DNA of 63,314 nt, counting the filler, from Octopus bimaculoides (lineage: Eukaryota): the NCBI RefSeq assembly GCF_001194135.2. It is 5 parts of 5 records of this genome, joined end to end, with 100 filler letters (N's around TTAATTAATTAA, not from the genome) between each part and the next. Parts side by side here need not be neighbours in the genome. Positions count along the whole stretch, not along the records: positions 29,779 to 53,892 come from NC_068986.1; 4 more parts are not named here. One strand, 5' to 3'. The notes beneath the pieces were generated by a model that was given only the letters and a program-made list of their open reading frames with translations, searched no databases and was not told the origin of the DNA. Position numbers and translations under genes: made by a program. Shown here in pieces: positions 35,578 through 49,405 of this stretch (the stretch's first letter is position 1; each line of letters opens with the position of its first letter).

Positions 35578-37045
35578 NNNNNNNNNNNNNNNNNNNNNNN
35601 NNNNNNNNNNNNNNNNNNNNNNNNNNNNNNNNNNNNNNNNNNNNNNNNNNNNNNNNNNNNNNNNNNNNNNNNNNNNNNNNNNNNNNNNNNNNNNNNNNNN
35701 NNNNNNNNNNNNNNNNNNNNNNNNNNNNNNNNNNNNNNNNNNNNNNNNNNNNNNNNNNNNNNNNNNNNNNNNNNNNNNNNNNNNNNNNNNNNNNNNNNNN
35801 NNNNNNNNNNNNNNNNNNNNNNNNNNNNNNNNNNNNNNNNNNNNNNNNNNNNNNNNNNNNNNNNNNNNNNNNNNNNNNNNNNNNNNNNNNNNNNNNNNNN
35901 NNNNNNNNNNNNNNNNNNNNNNNNNNNNNNNNNNNNNNNNNNNNNNNNNNNNNNNNNNNNNNNNNNNNNNNNNNNNNNNNNNNNNNNNNNNNNNNNNNNN
36001 NNNNNNNNNNNNNNNNNNNNNNNNNNNNNNNNNNNNNNNNNNNNNNNNNNNNNNNNNNNNNNNNNNNNNNNNNNNNNNNNNNNNNNNNNNNNNNNNNNNN
36101 NNNNNNNNNNNNNNNNNNNNNNNNNNNNNNNNNNNNNNNNNNNNNNNNNNNNNNNNNNNNNNNNNNNNNNNNNNNNNNNNNNNNNNNNNNNNNNNNNNNN
36201 NNNNNNNNNNNNNNNNNNNNNNNNNNNNNNNNNNNNNNNNNNNNNNNNNNNNNNNNNNNNNNNNNNNNNNNNNNNTATATATATATATATATATATATAT
36301 ATGCATACATACATACACCTGTATGATTATTGCAGACATTTCAGAAACCAGTTTCTGCAGATGTTTAAAATGTTTCCTCTCATCTTATACATACGTGTAT
36401 ATAACAAAAAAAGAAATCATCACAAAAATTAAACACACAAACTGCACAAAAAAGACTAAACAAAACCGAGTAATAAATATATATACGAAAAAAAGGGAGT
36501 GCATTCTCAGTTAAAGACGCAACGCAGCGCATATTTTTATAGTTAACTTCTTAGCCAAATTTTCTTTTGGTCTCCTATTCCTACTTACAGAGAAAATTGT
36601 CTTCATGGAAGCGAATAAAAGTGAACAATTTGGTTTTCTCTTTTATTATTTTCGTTTCTATTTTGTGTTCCGTCTTTGATGTATTTTTGTCATTTTCATG
36701 CTTACATTGATGAAAATATCCGAAACTGCTTTGAAGAAGTTTTTTTTTCTTCTTCTCCTCTTGTTCATGGAAAACTGCCGGAAATCAAAGAATAATAGCG
36801 AAATGAGAAAGAAAGGTTAAAAGAAAATTGAGCTGAGCTTACGTATGTGTATCTGTGCGCATATGCAGTTTAATGTGTGAGTGTGTGTGAATGTATGTGT
36901 GTGTGTGTGAGTGTACGTATCTATGTATCCAAGTATGTATGCGTATATAAATTCTGCATTGTAGAGTGACGTGTCTGTTCATTCTTCAATGTATACAAAT
37001 TTACAAACACATACAGGGGTACACACACGCGCACTGATACATATA

Positions 37046-37087
<42 letters not shown>

Positions 37088-37396
37088 CACATACTCACAC
37101 ACAGGTATAGTTTTATTTATATATGCATTATTTTTATTATTTTCAATTTTTATTTTCGTGCCAAAACTGCAAGTGCAGTGGAAATATATACATTACAATA
37201 TATTGCTACATTCATATGCACGGCCTTGCACACGCATGCAGCACCATATATACTTTTACATCTACGCATACAAAAATACGCCCGTACACATCTATACACT
37301 CACACACATACACTCGCATATAATTATGCACATACATGCAGATGTATATATGTGGATGTGCACACCCACAGATACATATATGCATATATACATATA

Positions 37397-37461
<65 letters not shown>

Positions 37462-37784
37462 ATTTCCTTGTATATTTTTTCTAGTACTCACCTTATATTA
37501 TGTTGATCATAGTTCCCGAGTGCGTGTATACGAATGAGTGTGGTTTGGGTGTGCGTATACGGGTATGCACGTGAGTGTGTTTTTTTGTTATATTTTATCT
37601 GTGTTGATGCATATGGATGTGTATGTGTAAGTTTATGAGAATAGGGTTCGATACATGTGCAAATTTATAGTCATTTAAATATTCCAGTGATATGCTGCAT
37701 ACTAACACATATTTATAAGGGAAAAAACATCACTACTTTACTCATGGAGCCGCATGTATACACACATACGTGTGTGTGTGTGTG

Positions 37785-37865
<81 letters not shown>

Positions 37866-38535
37866 NNNNNNNNNNNNNNNNNNNNNNNNNNNNNNNNNNN
37901 NNNNNNNNNNNNNNNNNNNNNNNNNNNNNNNNNNNNNNNNNNNNNNNNNNNNNNNNNNNNNNNNNNNNNNNNNNNNNNNNNNNNNNNNNNNNNNNNNNNN
38001 NNNNNNNNNNNNNNNNNNNNNNNNNNNNNNNNNNNNNNNNNNNNNNNNNNNNNNNNNNNNNNNNNNNNNNNNNNNNNNNNNNNNNNNNNNNNNNNNNNNN
38101 NNNNNNNNNNNNNNNNNNNNNNNNNNNNNNNNNNNNNNNNNNNNNNNNNNNNNNNNNNNNNNNNNNNNNNNNNNNNNNNNNNNNNNNNNNNNNNNNNNNN
38201 NNNNNNNNNNNNNNNNNNNNNNNNNNNNNNNNNNNNNNNNNNNNNNNNNNNNNNNNNNNNNNNNNNNNNNNNNNATATATATATATATATATATATATAA
38301 GTATATATGTATATACATAGAGAGAGACACACATGTATACACACATGCACATGTGTACATATAGGCATGCGTATGCATTGATATCAACATTAACCGATAT
38401 CTCGTTGTATCAGAAGTAATGTGTACCAAAGCAAACATAACAACATATGGGTGGAGAAGGAGGCGTGTGTGAGAGAAATTACGGCATGAATAGAGTTAAC
38501 ATGGAGTCTGCAGTTAGAGAGAAAGACAGAGAGGC

Positions 38536-38599
<64 letters not shown>

Positions 38600-38753
38600 G
38601 TGTGAAAAAGAAGTGATGGGCGTGGTGATAGTTGTGGCAGTGATGGCCATGTCTCTGATGATGATGATGATGTTGATGATGTTGATGGTTGTGCGTTGCT
38701 TATAAAGTGGCAAGTGTGATGCAAATATATGAATAATAATAACAATGGTAATG

Positions 38754-38788
<35 letters not shown>

Positions 38789-38792
<4 letters not shown>

Positions 38793-39120
38793 TCTTTTAT
38801 TGGCCACAAGGGCCAAACACAAAAAAACAAATAGGGGCAACCCAATGAAAGGGACAAGTAAGGTGTTGATCAATGCCGTGTATACAATGAGTAACAAAAT
38901 AAATACAAATAACGAAACAATTTAACATGAAAAATTTCCTCCAAAAGTGAGGAGTTACTCACAGGGACAACTGAAGAACACCACACAACCTGGTTATCCC
39001 GACCGCCAGGTGCCCTCAGCAGCCGCCTCTCTCATTCTCGATTCCTCCGGTTTACAAACGAAAGTTCAGAGTAGACCCACTGACACGGGCCATCCTCGCC
39101 ACATACACCCAACTTTCAAC
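38789..39120 (-). mobile_element. L1/Tx1-like LINE 3' end
   Basis: Minus strand VESWVYVARMARVSGSTLNFRL*, then ~250-nt 3' UTR ending cccttgtggccaataaaagaaa and (ATT)n. Clade assignment is from recalled C-terminal pattern. Confidence 0.55.
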
Positions 39121-40325
39121 TAGATATGGGTCACTCCACCCCAAAAGTGCCACAGATAGAGTGTATGTACCAAGAAAAAGAGGGGGAAGAGGACCGATTG
39201 GATGCGAGCACATCATTAGGGGGCAGAAGAAAACAGCATAACATGGTGTGTAAAAAATGCCACAGGACCGCTATTATTGCAAGTAAGAAGGTCAGGCTTG
39301 CGTAGGATGAAAGATTGCAAAGATAAAGCAATGTACAAGCACTTGAGAATGAATGAAACTGAAAATAGGTGGATAAAGAAAAGAATGCATGGACAATTTC
39401 ATAGGGATGTTGAAGATTAGACAGACAGAGGAAAAGAAAGGATTGCTATGGAAAACTAAAAGTGATTTAAAACCGGAAACTGAGACTCTAATCTGTGATG
39501 CCCAAGAGAAAGCGTTAAGAATCGATTACATCAAATACAGAATAGACAACACATCAAAAAGTAGTAAGCGCAAAATTTGTGGACAAAATGGTGAAACCGT
39601 ATGGCATATTACCAGCCAATATAGGCCACAAACCTAGAAAGAATATAAGAGACGTCATGACAATATAGCAAGGATTGTCCATTGGACACTTAGAAACAAG
39701 TATGAACTTCAGTTCTATATTTAAGACTTGACAGAGCAAAAAAGTGGTACAAACATGAACCCGAAGGCATCATCGAAAATGATAATGCAAAGATCCTATG
39801 GGATTTTACGATACATTTCGACCACGAGATAGAGAATAGGAAACCAGACAAAGTGTTAATTGAGAAAGAAAATCTATGCTGGATCATATATATATAGCAT
39901 GCCCAACTGACATGAAGGTTTACGATAAGAAAGAAAGAAAAGTCGACAGATATAACAGGTTAGCTTGGGAGATTAAGAAGCTGTGGACGCTGAAAAAGGT
40001 TGTAGTAGTAGAAATAATTGTCGGAGTCCTGGGAACAGTGAGTAAAAATCTTGAGAAGTACATGGAACAAATATGGTCTGCAATAAGGTTGAAGCACTTG
40101 CAGAAAATAGCACTGCTTGGAACCGCTCAAATACTCCGCAAGGTGCTCGAAAAATAAGAGGTGTTATCATAGTTTACTGGTGGTGAACAGCTGCCACCGT
40201 AGTACATCTCCAGCTTTAGAAGCTGTGCAACGACAATATAAACCAGAATTGAATATGAACCCATATTAAAAATAAAGGACCCCCACCTAATACAAGATAT
40301 AAACCAGACAGCAATAATAATAAAG
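39116..40325 (+). mobile_element. 5'-truncated R4/Dong-like non-LTR retrotransposon (thumb region, CCHC knuckle, restriction-like endonuclease, 3' UTR); frameshifted
   Basis: LHPKSATDRVYVPRKRGGRG; DLKPETETLICDAQEKAL; ICGQNGETVWHI; RRHDNIARIVHW; KILWDF...RKPD; KVDRYNRLAWEIKKLW...IIVGVLG...LQKIALLGTAQILRKVLEK*; ends at aataataataaa. Confidence 0.9.
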
Positions 40326-40434
40326 AACACAAAAAACAACAAAAATAGAAATTACAGATTTACCTCCCCTCTACTGCAAAAGGAATGAGTGAACAATTAT
40401 CTCCCCCTAGCAATATATATTTTTCAACTCTCAG

Positions 40435-40504
40435 CTTGAGCAATGCGATACCGGTCCTTACTTCAGTTATGTTGAAAGAAGAAAAACTTCTTTCGCATAA
40501 AATT
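40435..40504 (+). CDS. Candidate 70-nt internal coding exon of an unidentified gene (LSNAIPVLTSVMLKEEKLLSHKI)
   Basis: Acceptor ttttcaactctcag|, donor ATT|gtatgt, one open frame (phase 2 to 0); no homology recognised. Confidence 0.3.
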
Positions 40505-41190
40505 GTATGTCTTTATTATCCTGGCTCTAATATACACTTAAATCCTATAAAACAAATCTTTGTTTTTTAATCTTTTCTCTTTCTACATATATATATATAG
40601 ATACATATATACATGTGTATATACATATATATATAGATACATATATACATGTATATATACATATATATATGTATACATCTATATATGTATGTGTATATAT
40701 ATGTATATATATTGTTGATGCACACACGCACATAAATGTATGTATTTATTTATGTAAGTATATATATGTGTGTGCGAGGGGGGTATGCACTCGTACGCGT
40801 AATTATTGGAGCTACTTCCGTTCCATGTTTTCACACCAATACTAGAAAAATTGACATAACGATCTCTCTCTCTCTCCCTCTGTCTTTCTCACTCTTCCAT
40901 TCTCTCTCTCTCTCTCTCTCTCTCCCTCTCTCTCTCTCTCTTTCATAGTTGTTGAAGAAAATAAGATGATTGTTTGACAGGCTAAAGACAAGCCAACGAG
41001 CTTAGCAAGAGAATCTCTTTCCTAATTAAACAAAAACACGCGCACAAATCCTTTTAAACTTAATAAATTATTCAGCGGGATTTATATAAATACCTGTTAT
41101 TTCATTGACGTTGTTGCTTCACCGCTTGAACTTTGAAAACAATACGATACAAAGATATACTATGCTGTATCAATGAACATTATAAAACAT

Positions 41191-41346
41191 AGACATGGCC
41201 GAGTGGTAAGAAACTTGCTTGTCAAGCACATGGACCCGGGTTCAGTTCCACTGCACAGCACCTTAGGCAAAGTGTCTTCTACAATACTTTCGGGTCGACC
41301 AAAGTCTTCTAAGTGGATTTGGTAGACAGAAACTGAAAAAAGCCCG

Positions 41347-41348
<2 letters not shown>
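41191..41348 (+). mobile_element. SINE family A 5' half
   Basis: gacatggccgagtggtaag...gggttcagttccactgcacagcaccttaggcaaagtgtcttc...gaaactgaaaaaagcccg. Confidence 0.85.
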
Positions 41349-41378
<30 letters not shown>

Positions 41379-41763
41379 NNNNNNNNNNNNNNNNNNNNNN
41401 NNNNNNNNNNNNNNNNNNNNNNNNNNNNNNNNNNNNNNNNNNNNNNNNNNNNNNNNNNNNNNNNNNNNNNNNNNNNNNNNNNNNNNNNNNNNNNNNNNNN
41501 NNNNNNNNNNNNNNNNNNNNNNNNNNNNNNNNNNNNNNNNNNNNNNNNNNNNNNNNNNNNNNNNNNNNNNNNNNNNNNNNNNNNNNNNNNNNNNNNNNNN
41601 NNNNNNNNNNNNNNNNNNNNNNNNNNNNNNNNNNNNNNNNNNNNNNNNNNNNNNNNNNNNNNNNNNNNNNNNNNNNNNNNNNNNNNNNNNNNNNNNNNNN
41701 NNNNNCTGCTTGAGAGGAACTACAATTGTATTGCCTGTTTCTACATATACGCGTCTATCTCCT

Positions 41764-41958
41764 TGTCACGTGTTGACGCGTCATATCTTATCCCCCCCCC
41801 CAACAGATTTCCCCGGGGGCGTTTTCTTTTCGGCGCTCCACATCTAAAACAATTATTAATTCTCGATAACTCACGATGTGTCCGCCACAATCATTTCACC
41901 ATCCCTGATCAATCTATTTACCACCAACCGTGTCTTTATTCTGTGTGGCTACGAGACA
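41764..41958. mobile_element. Possible solo LTR or small TIR element
   Basis: TG...CA ends with 7/8 inverted match (tgtcacgt / acgagaca); no target-site duplication found. Confidence 0.25.
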
Positions 41959-43753
41959 AACTGTCTTCAATACGACAGTAACTTGCAGCTAGATGTCTCA
42001 CAAGATATTCTGTGAGAAATATTTTAGTATTTTTCATTGTGTTGTATTTGAGGTCCGTATTCTTATTTTGATTTATTCGTCTAGACACAGAGACATTGGA
42101 CCAGCTACCTGTTGACTCGTTCTGCAGTCTCAGTAATTAAATATGTCTCCCAGATAAACCAAAATTGCACTGCGTAAGTTCATGTGAGAATGATTAATAT
42201 ATGTATGAATGTATGTATCTATGTGTATATTTATTTGTAATGAATGTATATGTATGCATTTACATATATATTTGTATATATGTATATGCATATATTTATA
42301 TATATGGATATATATACACACATATATATATATATATATAATAATGATAATAATAATAATAATAATAATAATAAAGGAATGAATGTAAAAATACATTACG
42401 CAGTATATATCGTAGACAATTCTAACCAGTTTTTACCGTGGCTCGTTTAACCGATCTCTTCTTGTAATCGTTTGAATTCAGATTTTGAATTCTGTAGATA
42501 GACGTTAAGACATTATTCTTGCAGATCGAGACACATGTTAAGCTCCAAGGTGTGTTTTCTGTGTTAAAACCTATGTACGAAATATTCTCCTGAAAAGAAG
42601 AATGGATCTACTGCTGGTTCCTAACTTCGAAATTTCAATAGAGGACCAATCTATTTTTTATATTTAGGTTTTTAATTCTATATGTCATGTCACTCGAGGA
42701 CAGAGTTTATAATTGAGGAGATATACTATGAGTGATTATAGTGGCTTTCTAGCGGTTTGACTGCTATTTCTAGGCATGTAACAGTGCTTAACCCTCTCTG
42801 TTGTAATTGCACGCTTCTTTCATATATATATGCACATACATGCATACACACCTACATATATGTATGTGTATATATATATATATAAGANNNNNNNNNNNNN
42901 NNNNNNNNNNNNNNNNNNNNNNNNNNNNNNNNNNNNNNNNNNNNNNNNNNNNNNNNNNNNNNNNNNNNNNNNNNTATATATATATATATATTCATTGTAT
43001 CTATTTATGTATCTATATCTGTCTACCTGTCTGTCTACCCGCCTGTCTGCCTGTTTGTGTACATGTCACTCTCTTCCTCTCCTTCCCCCCTCTCTCTCTA
43101 CCTCTCTATTTGCATACACCTATAATGATGATAAATCTTTTAGAGAGAATATTGTTTCTTCAAATTTCCTGCATAGTTATATAACTAATTATCGAACCGT
43201 AAATCAAAATATACACACGCGTAGCTTTCGGTCAATATATTTCAATTCATTAATTTACATCTCAACTTGGTGGCTAAATTCTCCATATGGGCATTAAGTG
43301 TGATGTATGCTTCTATTTTCTAATTTCGATTAATGACCTATATTTTTGCTTAAATATCTTCATCATTATTTCAGGACTTTAGTTTTCATATAATTTCTAT
43401 AGCTTTCATTATAAAGGTGTTCATCACTCGTATTTTCTGTTCATAATAATGTTTAATTTCACCAAAATTTTTGATTCCTTTTCTTTTCTTAACATACCTA
43501 GTGTCATATATAGCTTTAGAAATTATTAGGCTAACTCGGCAATGCAATTTGGATATCACGCCAAAGAGTTCAAAATTAAATGGTTACAATATATACGTAT
43601 TTGAACTCAATATATTTTCGATTTCATCGTTGTGTAACCATAGCTCAACTGACTGGGAGAGATAGCACAGTGAGGAAGGTGTTATAATGATAATAGCAAT
43701 AATAATAATAATAATAATAATGATAATAATAATAATAATAATGATGATGATGA

Positions 43754-44081
43754 TTCCAGGATCGTAAAAAAAAAATACAATCCCTTAAAATTTGAAATAG
43801 CAAGAATTTGGAGCATGCGAACAGTGAAGGCCGTGCACCAATTATTATTGGTGCATTGGGAACTGTAAGCAAAGATATAGACAGATGGCTGAAGGGGATT
43901 GGAATAGAATGCCCAGTAGAGCTCCCACAGAATATTTGTCTTGTGGGGACAGCAAGGATCATCAGGGGGATTCTAAGCACTTGAAAAACTGCTGAAAACT
44001 TGCGGATAGCCAAGGTTACAGGGAGTAACCCTCTACCCACATAAATCCTACTAGGATTAAGACCGAACCGGGGTCAAACCG
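43754..44081 (+). mobile_element. R4/Dong-like 3' end
   Basis: LKFEIARIWSMRTVK..PIIIGALGTVSKDIDRWLKGIGIECPVELPQNICLVGTARIIRGILST*; preceded by (TAA)n(TGA)n. Confidence 0.85.
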
Positions 44082-44089
44082 AGTAGTAG

Positions 44090-44270
44090 TAGTGTTTGTT
44101 GTTAAACCCCAGGTCAGCTCAACATGAGCCTTCCTATATATAACCGAAGACTTGCCTCCCGTGTAAAGACCATTTTCATCCAACGTTTCTTTTCATAAGA
44201 TAGAATAATAGAATTCAGTGGAGACTTGGCTGTTATTTCTAGTAGCTACTTTGACCATTTAGTGCCTCTC
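44090..44270 (-). mobile_element. Decayed SINE family F
   Basis: aaaccccaggtcagc...gacttggctgttatttctag shared with 58095-58285. Confidence 0.5.
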
Positions 44271-44342
44271 CGAGTGTAATTTATAATTGAATGTTTTTTT
44301 AATATGTTCGTGCGGGTACATACATACATACATACACACACA

Positions 44343-44440
<98 letters not shown>

Positions 44441-44584
44441 AATGTCTACGTGTGCAAACTAAAATTGATTAATATCTCGAGGGAGATGAAAAGCAAGGAG
44501 TTATGGGTTATATCGAAAGATATCATGTGATATTTATTCTCAATAGTCTTTATACATTGTGCTAATAATAATATCATACTTCTG

Positions 44585-44596
44585 GCACTTTATCAA

Positions 44597-44647
<51 letters not shown>

Positions 44648-44816
44648 GCTGCTGCTGCAGATGCAGCTGCTACTGATGCTGCTACTGTTGCTTCTGCTGC
44701 TGTTTCTGCCGCTGCTGCTGTTACCATTACTACGACGGCGACAATGGCAACGTCGCTGGTGATGATGATGATGATGATGATGATGATGGTGGTCGTTGTG
44801 GTGGTGGTGATAATGA

Positions 44817-44852
<36 letters not shown>

Positions 44853-45122
44853 TGATGATGATGATGATGATGACGGGAATGAGAATGAGGTGGATGAGGA
44901 AGACGAGAAGGGGAGGAGGGCGTCGACAACAGCGATAATGATGACGATGATGGTTATGATGATGGTGGTGATTGTGGTGGCGATAATAATTGTTATGATG
45001 ATGATGATGATGGCGATGATGTTGATGTTGGTGGTAATGCTGCTGATGAGGATGGTTATGATAAAGATGGTGGTGGTGGTGATGGTAAAGGTGATGATGA
45101 TGATGATGATGATGGTGATATA
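44585..45122. repeat. Compound trinucleotide microsatellite (ACT, GCT, GAT, GGT, GAC)
   Basis: Directly visible. Confidence 0.95.
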
Positions 45123-46570
45123 AAATATTTTGTATGTTATTTACCGCGTTACCTTACTCCCCCCACCTGACACAAACAGACACATACGTACAGCGCTCTC
45201 TCTCTCGTACACAGGCACACACAGCAAAGTACGTGGTAGAAGGATGTGCTAGAAATAACAGCCAACGCCCCTGCTGCTCTCATCTTCTTTCTACATAGGA
45301 AAAAATGTTGGGATGGTCAAGGCTGGAACTCATTTGATCACAAGAACTCTTTCTCAGACATTTAAGGCCACTCACACTTTCTCCAACACACACACACACA
45401 CACGCACACACACACACGCATATACACACACTCGGAGACACGCACACACACATATATATACACACCCACATGAATTTACAACGCAGTGTGTAACATTTAC
45501 ACTCATTTCAGTCCATACACACACACTCACACGTATACACATTTACGTATATGTATATATATACACACACATATACAGACATATATACATAAAACTACCA
45601 CATGCAGTCTACAATCACACACATACTCACATGAACACATACCCACACATATATAAACGGCTGCTATGTACTTATATACATACATGTACACATATACATA
45701 TATACACGGGCATCAGTTATGTTACACTTTCAGATATATACACAAACGCACACCGTTATTACACTGACAATATACGTCTAATACACAACCAATACGACGG
45801 ATTTTGTGTCGCATATATACACATATATACACTGCCTGAATTAAAATTATGCATCGTCACATGCTCTTACGATTTCATCTAGAAACGAAGCACGCGCATG
45901 TGCAGCGTGCAGTAGTGTCACACACACACACATCAGCATACATACACACACTCATGCACACACGCACATACACGCACCTGTCTGTCTATATCTACATTGG
46001 AAACTCATCGTTTCACTTACACACACACACAGACACACACACACACATGTATATATATATATATATATATACTTATATGTATACACACACATACACATAG
46101 AGATGTATATATATACTTATATATGCAGATGTACATAGACGTATGCATATATATGTGTACGTGTATATTGATGTATGGATGTGTGTATTAGTCTGCTTGC
46201 ATGTGGATATATCGGTATGAGTGAAGGTTAGTAAATTAGAGATAGGAAGGAAAAGATGTTGAAATGCTAACATGCCTAATATCTATGTAGATATCTACTT
46301 CTATACCTCGAGGCACACGTACACATCCAAATACGCGTCTTATGCACACAGAGGCACACACAAAAATACACACACGTATACACATACATATCTCTCCCAA
46401 TATATATACATTTATATATTTATATTTCTATATATACACACACACACACAAATACATATTTACATATATGATGCATATATATATATATATATATATAATA
46501 ATTTTCCCAGAGGATATATCGAATTTGAAGTCTCTGTCTCTTTTGAATATGAAAATTTAAAAGTTAAAAA

Positions 46571-46606
<36 letters not shown>

Positions 46607-46862
46607 TGCAAATTGAATATATATTTTATGGTGAATATAAAAGAGAGCTCAATAAGCTGAGAGCGTAGAGTGTATATTAATATGAAGTTATGTTTTCTAA
46701 GTTAATCAAAAACAACTCAAGGCACATCCCTTCAAAAAATTACACATTTTAAATAAATATATATCTACATACATCTATAAATATTTACACACACATATAT
46801 AAACACGTACTCACGTACACTCACACACATACACACACGTATATATAAATGGCTGTGTGTGT

Positions 46863-46894
<32 letters not shown>

Positions 46895-47978
46895 ACGTAC
46901 TGATACTTTTACTTGAAGCTTCACATAAAAAAAGATTGTTTTGNNNNNNNNNNNNNNNNNNNNNNNNNNNNNNNNNNNNNNNNNNNNNNNNNNNNNNNNN
47001 NNNNNNNNNNNNNNNNNNNNNNNNNNNNNNNNNNNNNNNNNNNNNNNNNNNNNNNNNNNNNNNNNNNNNNNNNNNNNNNNNNNNNNNNNNNNNNNNNNNN
47101 NNNNNNNNNNNNNNNNNNNNNNNNNNNNNNNNNNNNNNNNNNNNNNNNNNNNNNNNNNNNNNNNNNNNNNNNNNNNNNNNNNNNNNNNNNNNNNNNNNNN
47201 NNNNNNNNNNNNNNNNNNNNNNNNNNNNNNNNNNNNNNNNNNNNNNNNNNNNNNNNNNNNNNNNNNNNNNNNNNNNNNNNNNNNNNNNNNNNNNNNNNNN
47301 NNNNNNNNNNNNNNNNNNNNNNNNNNNNNNNNNNNNNNNNNNNNNNNNNNNNNNNNNNNNNNNNNNNNNNNNNNNNNNNNNNNNNNNNNNNNNNNNNNNN
47401 NNNNNNNNNNNNNNNNNNNNNNACACTCACACACATACACACACGTATATATAAATGGCTGTGTGTGTGTGTATGTGTGTGTGTGTTTGTGTACGTATAT
47501 ATGAATATATATACCTGTTTATTCTTATACAGACACACGTATACATATAAATAAATATACTATGTGACAATTAGTTGGTTGTCATAATAAAACTCAGAGT
47601 TTCGAATGCCGGGGCTGAAGTCTTCTCCGGCATTTCATCAGTTATTAAGACAAGCGTTTGTTTTATTGTGACAAACAACCAATTGTCACATTATATTTAT
47701 AGATAAATTCCTCTATTTTACATAATATCGAGGTCTCATTCATTTTTTTTTTTGTTGTCAAAGTATTATTATTTTTAGATTGTTGGTCAAATTTAAAAAA
47801 AAAACGCTCTCCCACACTGAAGAGGACTAACAGGTTCCGCCTCAGCATAGACAATACTAATAAAATTAGTTAATTGAATCTTCACGAGTCTCGTTCGTTA
47901 AACATGGTGGGCCTTACTGGACTATACTCTCTCTCTAGAAGGCGGTTCCTCGAAATCACAATGGTCTGGTAATAATCA

Positions 47979-48543
47979 GATCTTTTTTAAAACGGGGGCC
48001 ACATTTTTCATTAACGAAACACTTTGAAACTTGGAACACTGGTAGAATGTGTCATATAAAACATCTTTTTCTCTTAGTCTTCTTTAAAAAAAAAGAAATC
48101 CCTAAGTTATTCCATGCTAAAGTTGTCGTATTTCTGTAATTTCAACCAATCACTGACGTCCATTCAGCCGATATACATTAAGTGCCGACTACATAAACAA
48201 ACGATTCTGAAACAATTCTATCGGTGATAGAGTTAGGGTTAGGGTTAGGGTAAAACAGCAAATTTAAAAAGAAAAAAGCAAAACGAAGCTATGGAAATTA
48301 AATACGCTTTACATCGCTTAATCAGCCAAAGGAGTAAATGTAAACAACTGAATACTTGTCAGTGATTGGTTGAAATTATCGAAATAAGACAATTTTTTAC
48401 ATGAAATAAATTCGAATACAAAAATATTTTTCTGTTCTATAACACAAAATAGATAAGTATACGAAGTTTGAAAGTCTTTCGGTACCAAAAACACTACGTA
48501 AAACATTAATGAAAAATGTGGCCCCCGTTTTAAAAAAAGATCC
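47979..48543. mobile_element. 565-bp MITE with ~35-bp TIRs, 9-bp TSD, internal 20-bp inverted repeat and central (TTAGGG)3
   Basis: TIR gatcttttttaaaacgggggccacatttttcattaa / ttaatgaaaaatgtggcccccgttttaaaaaaagatcc; TSD taataatca (47970-47978, 48544-48552); IR 48138-48157 / 48358-48377; ttaggg x3 at 48233-48250. Confidence 0.9.
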
Positions 48544-48871
48544 TAATAATCAGTGTCAATAAAAATTTACTATTTATGGTATTTTGTTCATTATTCATGC
48601 CTTTACTTTTAATCCAATTTACGATTTAGTTTTGTCCCTTTTTTTGTTGTTTTTTCCTCTCCATCATTTGTTTTGTTTATGCTTCTTTATCCGAACACTT
48701 ATAAATTGCTTCGCTGACTTCGGATGTTAGATCTCTGTAACAGAATACAATAACGTGTTCCTTTGAGGATCCATTGTAGTTTGGCATCGAAGTGCTCTTG
48801 GAACATCCAGTGATGAGTTCCTCACAATACCAATGGTGGAACGTCCATAGCAACTAATCATTTATACGTAT

Positions 48872-49100
48872 CTTTTATCTTTTACTTGTTTCAGTCGTTA
48901 GACTACGGCCATGCTGGGGCACCACCTTCAAGAATTTTTAGCCCATTGAATCGACCCCAGTGTTTATTTTTTTGTTAAGCGTAGTACTTATTCCGTTGAT
49001 CTGTTTTACGGAACTGCCTAGTTAAGGGGACGTAAACACACCAACGCCGGTCGTCAAGCGGTAGCGTGGGACAAAAAAGCGACTCGAAGACACACATACA
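48872..49100 (-). mobile_element. SINE family A 3' half
   Basis: tttacttgtttcagtcgttagactacggccatgctggggcaccacc...ggggacgtaaacacaccaacgccggtcgtcaagcg. Confidence 0.85.
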
Positions 49101-49166
49101 CATGTATGTATGTATTTGTGCCCAAGACCATTCTTCGGGGCATAGTTGATAGAAGGCAAAATAAAA

Positions 49167-49244
<78 letters not shown>

Positions 49245-49249
<5 letters not shown>

Positions 49250-49395
49250 AACCGGTTTTGACAACATCAACACTGCCAGCCTGCTGCGCATGGCAGAGAA
49301 CAGAGATCAGTGGCGACGGTTGACTCCGAAAGCGTCTAGGGTGGCATTCTAGCGGTTGGCTATATCGGTTAAAGGATCTTGATGACGATGATGAC
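49245..49395 (+). mobile_element. RTE-type LINE extreme 3' end
   Basis: GFDNINTASLLRMAENRDQWRRLTPKASRVAF* (cf. RTE C-terminal A.DR..WR motif), short UTR and gatgacgatgatgac tail. Confidence 0.65.
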
Positions 49396-49405
49396 ACATA
49401 GGGGT

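Noticed and set aside
502-41348. tRNA genes
   Set aside because: A/B boxes belong to SINE heads; no complete cloverleaf or acceptor stem, and each continues into a SINE body.
43500-43650. LRR-like peptide ELWLHNDEIENI on the minus strand with a strong donor
   Set aside because: In-frame TAA inside the putative exon; the LRR Asn is missing.
46820-47500. Direct repeat on both sides of gap 46944-47422
   Set aside because: Likely overlapping contig ends or allelic redundancy at the gap.
48233-48250. Telomere or chromosome-fusion scar
   Set aside because: Only three repeats, and they lie inside a MITE.
48700-48860. Two open minus-strand frames of 45-58 codons
   Set aside because: Poor splice sites; no recognisable motif.
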